Assembly: GCA_035084275.1 (NCBI GenBank)
Contig: CM068744.1
Coordinates: forward strand, 75,020,001 to 75,084,000
Reading direction: 5' to 3'
Origin: Hydrolagus colliei
Lineage: Eukaryota
DNA: 64,000 nt
Numbering within the stretch: the stretch's first letter is position 1; each line of letters begins with the position of its first letter. The position numbers were made by a program, and so were the translations under genes. Positions 1-11,600 of this stretch are shown one piece after another. Under the pieces are notes generated by a model, which searched no databases, had not been told where the DNA came from, and saw only the letters and a program-made list of their open reading frames with translations.

Positions 1-784
1 TGTCTTCCAAATGTGAAAGGCACATTATAAATGTAATTTTGTTTGTTGTTTGTTGCATATACATTTGCATGACAGTCGTGGGATAAGGATCAGCTACTAC
101 CAATCCTGGGAATGGGACTTGGCTGGTAATAGTGCTAAGCCAGTAACAGTTTAAAGCATGGTTTCTGATGAGGCAAATTCCTGATAAGAGCAAAATTTAG
201 TCTCTTGGCAAATCAAGGTCCTGCTACTGATTTGGCTCAATGTAATCCTGTTTGCAAATTCCATGAAAACTGTATAAACATTTCTGGTAAAAGGAGATCT
301 TTACATCTCTTTATTTTGTCTAATATATTGGTAGCTTAAGTCATCAGTAACATGGAGCCATTCATATCGGTTTGTATGATTCTGACAAACAATTCTAATT
401 GTGTTGCATGGGGTGGGTGGGTGAGTGGGGGCAGTTCAATTGAAATGAATCCTTGAGCTCAGCCAGATGGCTTGTGGTGACACTTCAAGCATTGAAGCTG
501 TAAAATAGAAGAAAAAGCAGTTCCATTTCTGTTGTACTTTATCATGCTGAAATGGTAAGTAATTATTGTTAAGTGTAGTGATTGTACAGTAGTTTGTAGG
601 CCAATGTGTCTTCCATTCACCAGCAAAGTTCTATGAAGTGATTCTATGAAGTCTCAGTTGTGATGGGATCTTTTGTTGTCCAGCTGAGCAGGGAGATGGG
701 AGCTCAGTTTAATAATAATAATCCTTACATTTATATAGCGCTTTCCACGTCTTATCGATGTCTCAAAGCGCTACAGAATCCAAC

Positions 785-1068
785 AACGTCCCAAGATTCC
801 CCCAGCACTGCACTCGAGTGTTAGACTGCCATATGAGCTCAAGACCTGACATAGGGCTTGAATCTACAAAACAAGCAAATTACATTTGTATACCACCTTT
901 CATGTTGGGAGGATGTCCCAAGGTATTGGACAGTTAGGGATTTTACCAAGCTGAGGGATCAGGGGGGGTAGAGCGCATGGAGGGCAACCAAAGGCACAGT
1001 CGAAGAAGAGGGTCTTGAGACAAACTTCTGACCCAGAGGAGAGGGTGCCACCAACTGAATCTGGCTGA
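785..1068 (-). mobile_element. Old tRNA-headed Deu-type SINE head interrupted by an L2 3' fragment (about 868-1020)
   Basis: The SINE head reads ...ggcttgaatctacaa|acttctgacccagaggagagggtgccaccaactga on either side of an L2 tail (caaattacatttgtataccacctttcatgttgggaggatgtcccaag). Confidence 0.55.
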
Positions 1069-2649
1069 CCAACCTTGTATTCAGCGCTGAGAGCCAAGTA
1101 CTATGTCTGATACTTGAGACTAGTGCCTTGGGATGGCCTCCTGATGTGAAAGGAGCTATACAAATATAATTTTGTTGTTGTTATTCTTGTTGGTACAATT
1201 TGATTTAATTGCAGTTTCTATGCATTGTGTAATTTTTTTATTTAGAAATTTTTAGAAATTGAAAAAAAATCACTAATTGGACAACAAGCCAACAAATTTA
1301 AACCAAAATCCCCAAAGCCGAAGTGAAATGCTGAGAGTTTTGCCATTAATTGCCCTTGGGGAAACATTAATTGCATTGAAATAGTCCTTTGTTTATTCCA
1401 CTGAAAGAACAAATCTTACTGCGTATGTCATAAAAGCCCTATATTTAGACATCCTCGAGAAAGTTTGTGCAAGGATAGATAGATGCGTTCAAATGTAATT
1501 GGGCTGGTTTGGGAGTTGCGTGATTAATATTGCTGTTATGACAGGTGGCTTGGCATCGCAAGCTAGTTACAGCAAAGTATCACTTCCAGAAAAGTTGCAC
1601 ACTGCTTCTTTCCATGTACACAGTCTGCAGGAGATTGTACTCTGCTATTATGTTAGCATTCTCCTGCGCTGCTGTGTTAGACCACAGAAATGTCAGGATA
1701 CGTGGGTGGCCTGGGTTGAGAGAAAGTTTGGAGCGTTAGAGAGCAGTTTTATTTTACTTGGACTCCAGCTCACCTCAAGGCATTGGCCAGAACGTTACTT
1801 TGTTCAGTTTGGAGGAGAGGGGAAAAATACCTCATTGTCATTTTTTTCCTGCAAAGATTCCATTACACTGAACCAGACTCTTCCTTCGCTCAGACAGTTT
1901 ATGTTCCCCACCCTATCTGCCACGTCATTGGCGGGGAAGGATGTCATCCTGCCCCCCGCTCCATCCCACAGTCGCTCTAAATCGCTCTCTCCCTCCCTTC
2001 CCTCTTTCAAGGCCCATCTCAAGACATATCTCTTTGACATGAAAGAGATACATCTTGAGATGGACCTTGAAAGATGTGTTTAATCTTTCCCCTCCCAAAC
2101 TCCCAGCTCAGGTGCCCATGCAACATTGTTAGGCACTTTGAGACGTCCTTTCAATGTGAAAAGTGCTACATAGATGTAATTTTTTTATTGTATTACAAAA
2201 CATACATTGATGTACTGCTCAAGTTGGCTCAGACAAATTTTTCAGATTGCTTCATTTCTGTTTATAGGGGTTTGCAATTCACGAAATCACCAATGCACTA
2301 CCTTAGATCAATGAGGCAAAATGTGTGAGACCCAGTATAACTCTAAACAATTGTGTACTTTTCTTTTTTTGTGCTAAGTCGGAAAACTGTCTTGACAACT
2401 TCAGAAACAGTTTGTAGACCCAATGAACTTCTACACAGTCTATTTTGTTGTATTCTACTGCTTCACTTGAATCAGTTGAACAAAAGAAGATGAAGCAATG
2501 CACTTTCAGGCATGGGTCACCAGAAAGCAATTGGTAGTTGGTTCTGGCCCTCTGTCTAATTAAGCGGCTTCTGCCCTTATCTTGGCAACATAGTATGTCA
2601 GCCTGGTTCAGTTGGTAGAACTTTCGCCTCTGAGTAAGAATGTTGTGGG

Positions 2650-3245
2650 CTCCTTCTGCCTCCTCGTCTTCCTGGATCTCTCTTTTACGCCATCTTCCTC
2701 CACTGCATTTCTTCCTGCATCCACATTAGTGTAACAGCACTCGAATGGTTCGAATCCTACTTAGCCAATCATCTCTTGTGCAGGCATTTGTCAGCTCCTG
2801 CCTGGATTAATGAAACGCACTCCTCGCCAGTCTCCCCAGCACCACTATTCGAAAGGTCCAGCTCATTCAGAACTCTGCCGCCCGCATACCGACCTGGACC
2901 AAACTCCGCACCCTCATCTTCCTAGTTCTGGCCAGGCTGCAATAGCTCCCCATCACCAAATGGATCAACTTCAAGATCCTCACGCTCGTGTTCAAAATCC
3001 CTTCACATTCTGGCAATTTCCTACCTCTCCTATTTCCTCACTCCCCAATCCAGCACCCAGCACATCCGCTTGACTGGCACTGGCCTCCTACTCATTCCTC
3101 ATACCATTTACCCCACCATCGGAAGTTGCAGTTTCAGCCACGGCACCCTGAAACTCTGGAACACTCTTCCTCAGTCCCTTTGCCTTGCCCCCACTCACCC
3201 CTTTTTCAAGTCCCGCCTGAAAACCTCTTTCTTTGACAGTGCTTA
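2650..3245 (+). mobile_element. L2 LINE 3' fragment (degenerate, internally deleted)
   Basis: RT C-terminal remnants, e.g. IGSCSFSHGTLKLWNTLPQSL...FKSRLKTSFF. Confidence 0.8.
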
Positions 3246-4925
3246 CAACAATAACAACAACAACAACAACAAAATTGCACTTATATAGTGCCTTTCACGT
3301 CGGGAGGACGTCCCAAAAGCGCTGAACAGTATGGTCGGGAGGGGGGGAGGGTCGAAGTAGGGGGAAGGGGAAGGAGAATGGGAGAGGGGGAAGAGTTAGT
3401 GGGGTAGCCGAAGGCGCATCGAAGAGGCAGATCTTGAGACTGGCCTTGAAGGAGGAAAGGGAGGGCAAGGTGGAAGGGCTGTCGGATGGAGTTCCACAGT
3501 GTGGGAGCAGAGAGGCTGAAAGCCCGGCCGTTGATGGTTGGGCGGTTAGGGCGGTGGACGCGGAGTAGGCCTGAGTCTGCTGAACAGAGGGTGTGAGCAG
3601 GCTGATAGTGAGACAGTAGATCAGAGAGTTAGGCAGGGTCAAGGCTGTGAATGGCCTTGAAAGTGAGGACAAGAATCTTGAATTCGATCCTCTGGTTGAC
3701 GGGGAGCCAGTGGAGACATGCGAGGGTGGGAGTGATGTGGTCGCAAAGCCTGGTACGGGAGAGTACACGAGTTGCAGAATTCTGAATGATCTGCAGCCTG
3801 TGAAGGGAGGAGCTGGGGAGGCAAACGAGGAGAGAGTTCCTGTAGTCGAGCCTGGAAGTGATCAAGGCGTGGATGAGGGTTTCGGCAGTGTGGAGGGTGA
3901 GGTATTGGTTGAGTCCGGCAATATTGCGGAGGTAATGGAAGGCTGTGCTGGTCATGGAGTGGATGTGGGGGAGGAAGGATAGCTCGGGATCGAACAAGAC
4001 GCCCAGATTCCTGATTGGCTTCGAGAGGTGGAGAGAGCAGCCTTGAACGCTGATATGTCAGCGCCTGAGGTGCTGATGTGAGCCAATCAGGAGGGCTTCC
4101 GTCTTGTTGACGTTGAGTTGTAGGAAATTTGCCCTCATCCAGGACTCAATGTCGGACATGCAGTCAGAACGCCAGTGGTCCTGGAATCGAGGGTTGACGC
4201 GGATAGGTAGAGTTGGGTGTCATCCGCGTACATATGGAAATTTATCCCCCTGTCTACGGATGATGTCACCTAGGGGGAGAGTGTAGAGGGTGAAGAGCAG
4301 GGGGCCAAGGACAGAGCCCTGGGGAACGCTGCATGTGACTGTGCGGGGGGCTGGAGTAGAAGCCGTTGGAAGAGATAAAGTGAAGGTGGGAGAGATAGGA
4401 TCGGAACCATTTGAGGACAGATTCTTGCTGGTTGAGGAGGGAGGAGAGGCAGTGGAGGAGGATACCGTGGTTCACTGTATCGAAGGCAGCGGATAGGTCG
4501 AAGAGGCAGAGGGAGCCCTGGTCACAGATGGTCAGGATGTCGTTTGGGACTTTGACCAGGACAGTTTCCGTGCTGTGGGATGCACGGAAACCCAATTGGA
4601 GGGGTTCGAGGAGTGAGTGTTGTGTGAGGAAAGAGCAGAGCTGGGAGGCAACCACTCTTTCAAGGACCTTAGAAAGGAAGGGGTGGTTGGAGATGGACCT
4701 GTAGCTAGATAGCTGCAACGCATCGAGGGAAGGCTTTTTTAGGATGGTGGTGATGGTGGCAGTTTTGAAGGCAGTGGGAACAGTCCCAGATGAGAGGGAC
4801 AGATTGATAGTGTCAGTGATTAGAGGGGCTAGAAGATGGAGCTGGGTGGTGAGGAGAGGGGTGCGGATGGGATCTAAGGAGCAGGTGGTGAGCTTCCTTG
4901 AGGAGATGGTCTCCCCCACCCACCC
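3246..4925 (-). mobile_element. L2 LINE, about 1.7 kb 3' portion with RT domain and (TTG)n tail
   Basis: [34 protein letters not shown] and LHWLPVNQRIEFKIL spread over several frames; 3' tail ...gtgaaaggcactatataagtgcaattttgttgttg. Confidence 0.92.
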
Positions 4926-5708
4926 CTGACTCCGCCACAGTTAAACGCCACAGTTAAGTGCAAGCTGTTGTTGTTCTGAATAAAACTTACAGTGTCGTCC
5001 TTTGGATGAGTCACTAAACTAAGGAATTTCTCCGGGTCTTCTAGCTAACAATCCCTCAAATAAAATTGGTCATTCACTTCATGGTTGTTTTAAGGGACAT
5101 TAATGTGTGCAAATTGGCTGTAAATGACCAGGCCTACAAAATGCAATCACTGACTTTATAGTGAATCACTTGAAGCTTTTTGAGAAGTCACATGGACCTG
5201 AAAAGCCCTGTACCCAATGCAGGAATTCTTATTTCATATAGACCAGGGATTTAACTCTGAGACGCCTTCTGGCTTGGATGGTGTTATATAAATCCAAGAT
5301 GTTGTTGTTGGGAGATAGGAAAGGATTTGTGCTTCTCCTCTAACCTGCTTTAGGTAGACCCAGTCCATCAGTGAAAGCAGCGTGTTCCTCAATGGGGAAT
5401 TCTCAGCAAAGTTGTTGCAATCTAAATAATATAGTCTGTTAACTCTAATTAAAATCATTTCCTTTCATTGTGCAGCAACACACATATCTTTCTATCTGAT
5501 TTGGTTTTGTATAGTTTGCCGAGTGATTGGAAACTTCAAGCTGTGTGAAAGGAAGCAACGAGAGTGTGCAAACTCAATCCCATTGCTGTAGGAAATCATA
5601 GCTGTGGAGGACTGTGGGCAGGCACTGAGTGGGTGAGGGGGAGAAGGGATGCCTTTCCTTGTGGGGTTCTGGAATAACATGGGATTTGTTTCTTGGTTGT
5701 TTTTGCAG

Positions 5709-5776
5709 GTGACTTGCAACTGTTTCACCATCAGCGATGGGGAGATGCAGGAAGTCGGTGTTGGCATCTATCCCAG
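5709..5776 (+). CDS. SMYD3: SMYD3 internal coding exon (equivalent to human exon 6), SET domain: VTCNCFTISDGEMQEVGVGIYP(S)
   Basis: Pyrimidine tract and ttttgcag acceptor, gtacag donor; 68 bp. Translation matches human SMYD3 VICNSFTICNAEMQEVGVGLYPS (recalled). Confidence 0.95.
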
Positions 5777-8278
5777 GTACAGTGAGTGGAGTCCGCTCCA
5801 ATCTCGCCAAACCATGCAAGTTGTGTGTGTGTATTTTTTGACTTCTATCATTTACATTCTCCACTTAAAGAATTAACTTCTGTCTCCGAGCACCATCCTG
5901 CTGTACTGGCCAAGCAATGGTCCCATTACCAGTGGGCATGAAGGGTGCTACATAAATACAAGTTGTTATTGTGGCTGCTCTGTTCACTGATCTCTGTCCC
6001 GTGCACTGGTCAATGGGAGCCCAGGTCCTTGTCAACACAACCATTTATATTCAAACATAACCACACAGTGAGGAATAGGTTATAAAGATGGCGGAATGTG
6101 CCCCTTTGGTGGTGGAGGAAGGGCATGAGAGCCACCACTCCCACACCCCCCATATGACCAACCTGCGATTGGGCACTCGTTCATTCTGTGTCACTTTGAG
6201 TTTCCAGGCCCCTATTGAAACTTGGAACTCATAGACCGTAAGCTGATCCTCTGCTGGGGTGGGGGTTGGTGTTGTATTGTTCGAGGTGCCGTCCTTTAGA
6301 CAGGACATTAATCAAGCCTCGACTGCCTGTTCTGGTGATCGTTAAAGATCCCACAACATTGTTTGAAAAGAGATGTGATAAAATTGGTCGATCACTCTAT
6401 GGCCATGGGATGCCGTGTCCACCCGTTGTCTGTCTATCCAAACCCATGTCTGCGGTGATGAGAAAAGGCCTCTGTTTCTTCTTGGCGTTGAGATTGTGAG
6501 ATAACACTCCACATTAAACAGTGGGGTCTAATTTGCAATATTTGCAAACAGGTGGGAACTGCTCTTTGTACCTCCTCAGCTAGCTTGAGTGATACCTGAC
6601 AGCTGCTCATTTTATCTATTTAATAACGCAGCCGTGAAGTGCTGTCTCCACACAGCGGTGGGTTTCACTCTCCAGGCTGTTTTCACACATTAACGGCTTT
6701 TAGAAGTAGCCCCCACTCCCACCCATCATCACTCTGCACCCCCAACCACCCGAGACTGACCGTTCAGGCAGCCCAAAGAGGTTAAAATGAGGGCTTCCCA
6801 CCCATGTTGGAAAGATCACACGTCACACCCTTGGTGAGATGTAAAGCTGGCTGAGTTGGAAACAGCTTCAACCAGCAGAGTAAAGCAAGCTGCAGGAAGT
6901 GAGCCAAATACAACAAAGGTAAGTGAAAAAGCAGAATAAATCCCTCAATGCTGAATGAGGTTGTGGAGGTGAGGGGTAGCTGCTGGGAGAGCTTTACTTA
7001 TTGCTCTAGCACCTCACAGTCACTGTGTGTAAATTCTGGCCTGAGTTACAGTCTGAAAAAGGAGATAAAAAGTATTGGCAGAGGAATGAATTTTTTTTTA
7101 AAAACAACACCTGATCAAATAGTTAGTGCAAAATTCCCTGTGCACACGTGGTGATAGTTCAGCTACTATTCTGATGTCCGATTCTAATGGACTAGGAAAT
7201 TAGAAATATCCTGTGTAAGAGATATCCTCAGACATTACATCAGATACTGGATGAGTGGGGACCCCAAAATACCTACAATGGGACACAAGTTATTTTCAGC
7301 AGTTCAGCACGCCTTCAGAGATGTGAGATACAAGCTGGCTTCACAACAACAAATTACATTTTTACAGCACCTTTCATGTCAGCAGAACAACTTCATGATG
7401 AGACCTGTAAAACTTAGAAATATTAAACTTATGTCTACATTTACTTAAAAGTCATGTTTGCACATTTGATTTGATACATTGGCATCGAAATTTCTCAAAG
7501 TACTTCACAGGCAATTCTTATAAACTTTTTGTGGGCAAACACAGAGAACGTGAGAACAACCAAGCTATTAAGTGAGTGACCAATTGTTTCTTGAGGATTG
7601 TTGGCCAGGACACGAGGAGAAGCTCCCTTATCTTTTCCATGGATCTTTAATGTCCACCTGAACTGGCCGACAGCATTTGGATTTAATCTCCACTCATCAA
7701 TCTCTGAAAATGTAGCACAATCCAGCACTGTGCTGATATATCAACCTGGATTGACACAGACTATATGATGGCTTAACAACAACATTACATTGTAAAGGAG
7801 GCCATAAAGTCATCCTGTTCACCAGTATTTGGTGGCTGGGGTCATGGTACAAAGTGCTCCACTGGTTTGCACTGAATCGGTGGCAAGGCCACAAACTGAA
7901 TTTGACCATCAATATTGATGTGTTGTAGATACAGAGAAGTATCTACAACACTGCAGAGATAGTGGATGCTTTATTTTTGATCTTCCAAAATTTCTTGGAT
8001 TCTGGAACGGTTCCCATTGATTGGAAGGTGGCAAATGTAACGCCACTATTTAAGAAGGGTGGGAGAGAAAAAATAGGGAACTATAGACTAGTTAGTCTGA
8101 CATCGGTGGTAGGGAAAATTCTAGAATCTAGAATCAAGCACATCAAAAATCATAACATGATTAGACACAGGCAACATGGCTTTATGAAAGGGAAATCATG
8201 TTTCACAAATCTTTTAGAGTTTTTTGAGGATGTAACTAGTAGGTTAGATAGGGGGGAACCAGTAGATGTAGTTTACAG

Positions 8279-9506
8279 TAGGGTCCGTCGATATGGAAAT
8301 TTTCCGATTAAATATATCGATGGGCTCATATCGAGATATACCGAAATATCGATATTTTTGGATTTTTCGTACTGCGTATGCGCGCGCGCATTCGGAGTGC
8401 GCGCACATTCGGGGTGTGTGCGCATTCCGGGTGCGCGCGCATTCCGGGCCTATCTTCTCAGGAGGTAAATATCTTTCTCCCTCTGTGTCTCTCACTCTCT
8501 CCATCTCTGTGTTTTTCTATCTGTGTGTCTCTGTGTCTCTCTCCCTCTCTCACATCCCCTCCATCTCTATCTATCTGTATATTATCACACCCACCCCATC
8601 TCTCCCCCACCCCGCCGTCCCTCTCTCGCACCCCGTCGTCTCTCTCCCCCACCACCCCCCCAGCCGTCTCTCTCCCCCTCTCCTCCCCCCCCAGCCTTCT
8701 CTATCCCCACCCCAGCCGTCTCTCTCCCCCTCCCCCCAGCCGTCTCTCTCCCCCTCCCCCCAGCCGTCTCTCTCCCCCTCTCCTCCCCCCCCAGCCGTCT
8801 CTCTCCCCCCCCCCACAGCCGTCTCTCTCCCCCTCCCCCCAGCCGTCTCTCTCCCCCTCTCCCCCCCCCAGCCATCTCTTTCCCCCTCTCCCCCCCCCAG
8901 CCGTCTCTCTCCCCCTCCCCCCAGCCATCTCTCTCCCCCTCTCCCCCCCCCAGCCGTCTCTCTCCCCCTCCCCCCAGCCGTATCTCTCCCCCTCTCCTCC
9001 CCCCCCAGCCGTCTCTCTCTCCCCCCCCCAGCCATCTCTCTCCCCCTCCCCCCAGCCATCTCTCTCCCCCTCTCCCCCCCCCAGCCGTCTCTCTCCCCCT
9101 CTCCCCCCCTCAGCCGTCTCTCTCCCCCTCCCTCCAGCCATCTCTCTCCCCCTCCCCCCAGCCGTATCTCTCCCCCTCCCCCCAGCCGTATCTCTCCCCC
9201 TCACCACCCCCCCAGCAGTCTCTCTCCCCCTCACCCCTCCCCCCCAGCCATCTCTCTCACCCCCCAGCCCTTGCATACCTGTATATTGTATTCGAGGACT
9301 GTGAATACAATATGGCAGCTTTGCACCTCGGTCTGTGCATTGTGTATAGAAATGAGCATTCTGGGTCTTGTAGTTCAGTGTGCTCGCATCCCGATTTTTT
9401 ACCTCGATATATCGTTTTTTCCATATATCGATATTTTTAAAATGTCTATATCGGCACATCGATGTGAAAATTATATCGGGTTTTAGCGATATATCGCTGG
9501 ACCCTA
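8279..9506 (+). mobile_element. Non-autonomous hAT (Ac-like, TAGGG-ended) DNA transposon
   Basis: TIRs TAGGGTCCGTCGATAT and revcomp TAGGGTCCAGCGATAT (14/16 match); 8-bp TSD gtttacag (8271-8278) / gtgtacag (9507-9514); subterminal ATATCG/CGATAT arrays; splits the CR1 VDVVY|LDF motif. Confidence 0.88.
8600..9270. repeat. C-rich minisatellite (unit about CAGCCRTCTCTCTCCCCCTC(C)n, roughly 24-32 bp) inside the hAT element
   Basis: More than 20 visible tandem units; source of the Pro/Ser-rich and Gly/Glu-rich spurious ORFs. Confidence 0.95.
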
Positions 9507-10008
9507 GTGTACAGCATTTGGATTTTCAGAATGTATTCGACAAGGTGCCAAATATAAGGCTGTTATATAAATTTATTTATATATAATGTTATATAAATCA
9601 GGAAGAAAACGGAGAATAGGAATAAACAGGTCTTTCTCAGATGGGCAGGATATGACTATTGGAGTGCCACAAGGATCAGTGCTTGTACCTCAACTATTTA
9701 CAGTCTATATCAATGATTTAATTGAAGAAATAGAGGTTAACATGTCTAAATTTGCAGTTGATACAAAGCTTGGTGGGAGAGTAAGCTGTGAAGATGATAC
9801 AAGAAGAATTCAAAGGGATATAGACAGGCTAGGTGAGTGGGCTGGAAGGTGGCAGATGGAGTATAATGTGGGGATGTGTGAAGTTATTCACCGACGTAGT
9901 AAAAACGGAAAGGCAGATTATTTTCTAGAGGGGGAGAGACTAGATAGTGTTAGTGTTCAGAGGGATTTGGGTCCTCATACACCCATCACAAAAAGTTAGT
10001 ATGTAGGT

Positions 10009-10453
10009 TAGTGTCCGGCGGTATATCGATATATCGGTTATATCAGTATAATTTTTCATATCGATATGCTGTTATTGGAAATTTGAATATATCGGTATAT
10101 CAAAAAATTAGGTATAAAAAAATCGGTATATCGCAAATATCAGTATATCGTGTCCGGGGATATACCGATATATGGATTATATCGGTATAATGCGAACTTT
10201 TTCAACTTACCTTGTCTCCGGCATTGCAAACCTCCTGGGCCTAGAGCACAGAATGCACGCACATATCGGAATGCGCGTGCACCCCGAATGTGCGCTCACC
10301 CCCGATTGCGCGCACATCTGCAGGATAAAAAAACCCGGCGATACCGATAAATTGGTATATATCATTATGAGCCCACTGATACTGCATCATTATCGATGCA
10401 GTATCGATATATCGATATCGGAAAATTTCCGATATCGATATATCGATACTGCA
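10009..10453 (-). mobile_element. Related hAT non-autonomous element, inverted relative to 8279-9506, with one end rearranged
   Basis: Starts TAGTGTCCGGCGGTATATCG, similar to the reverse complement of the first element's right TIR; ATATCG arrays; shared GCGCACAT/CCGAATG motifs; second TIR missing. Confidence 0.75.
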
Positions 10454-11459
10454 ATTGTCTTACTGCAATTGTATAGAGCCTTGGTGAGACCGCACCTAGA
10501 ATATTGTGTACAATTTTGGTCTCCTTTTTAAGAAAGGACATATTTATCTTAGGGTGGATGAAGCATAGATTGGAACTAGATTGGTTCCTGGGATGAGGTG
10601 ATTGAAATATAAGGATAGGTTGAGTAAATTAGGCCTATATTCTCAAGAATATGGAAGAATTAGAGTTGATCTTATAGAAACCTATAGATTCTTAAGGGGC
10701 ATGACAGTGTGAGACTGTTTCTCCTAGTTGGAGAATCTAAAATTGGGTGTCAAAGTCTTAAGAAGGTCAAAAGAAAAAGAAAAAGGTCAGCCTTTTTGAA
10801 CAGAGTTGAGGAAACATTTCTTCACTCAGAGGGTAGTGAATTTATGGAATTCTCTACCCCAAAAGGCTGTGGATGCTCAGTCCTTGGACATATTCAAGAC
10901 TGAGATTGATAGGGTTCTAAAGGATAGAGGGATTAAAGGAAATAGGGATAGGGCGGGTAAATCGAATTAGGTTAGAAGATCAGCCATGATCTTATTAAAT
11001 GGCGGGGCAGGATTGAGGGGTCAAATGGCCTACTCCTGCTCCTATTTCTTATGTTCTTAAGTGAACTTCAGTCAGCAAATCAAGCCATTGCTTTAGTCAT
11101 TCAGACACTATTGAGCAGCTTGAATTGGCATACTACGCCCCCACCACCCAGTATATCCAGATCAGGTAGGAATCTGCAACCATGGAGTGAGCCAACAGGA
11201 ATGTGCATTCTTATTTTTCCATTCCCATCTCTGGGCCATTAAGACCAATTGTAGTGGATTGACTAAATCAGCACAGACATCGAATTCTTATTTCAGAAAA
11301 TATGAAAGGAAGCTCTCAGTAACATGAAATGAAAGCCTTGCTGATATAAAAGGCTCTTCACGAGTCACTGAGGAGTAGGGCATCCTCCCAGTGTGAAAGG
11401 CACTATACAAATGCAATTTTGTTGATGCTGTTGTTAAAGGCAGCGTCTACGTTCCTGAA

Positions 11460-11600
11460 GAACATAAGAACATAAAAATTAGGAACAGGAGTAGGCCATT
11501 GGCTTGTTGAGCCTCCCCCGCCATTCAATAAAATCATGGCTGATCTTCTAATCTAACTCCACCTACCCGCCTTATCTCCATATCCCTTAATCCCTTTATT
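11460..11600 (-). mobile_element. CR1 3' terminal fragment
   Basis: Reverse complement of the CR1 3' end at about 10925-11060 (aacataagaacata..aggaacaggagtaggccatt...atcatggctgatcttctaa). Confidence 0.85.

Larger units (their letters stand above)
7951..11060 (+). mobile_element. CR1 LINE, 5'-truncated, interrupted by two hAT-type insertions
   Basis: DWKVANVTPLFKKG, QHGFMKGKSCFTNLLEFFE, LDFQNVFDKVP, GVPQGSVL, YRALVRPHLEYCVQFWSP; 3' end ggcctactcctgctcctatttcttatgttctta. Confidence 0.93.

Noticed and set aside
1499-2083. 194-aa ORF
   Set aside because: No recognisable domain, non-ATG start, and a 3' part that is an L2 remnant (SLPSFKAHLKTYLF).
4266-4919. Reverse transcriptase ORFs as an active element or retron-like system
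   Set aside because: Frameshifted, 5'-truncated L2/CR1 fossils; no intact ORF2 in the window.
8600-9270. Repeat array as a possible CRISPR
   Set aside because: No unique spacers, no cas genes, and a vertebrate intronic context.
8293-9486. Long 250-400 aa Pro/Ser-rich and Gly/Glu-rich ORFs on both strands
   Set aside because: They come from a stop-free minisatellite inside a non-autonomous transposon and are open in nearly all frames.
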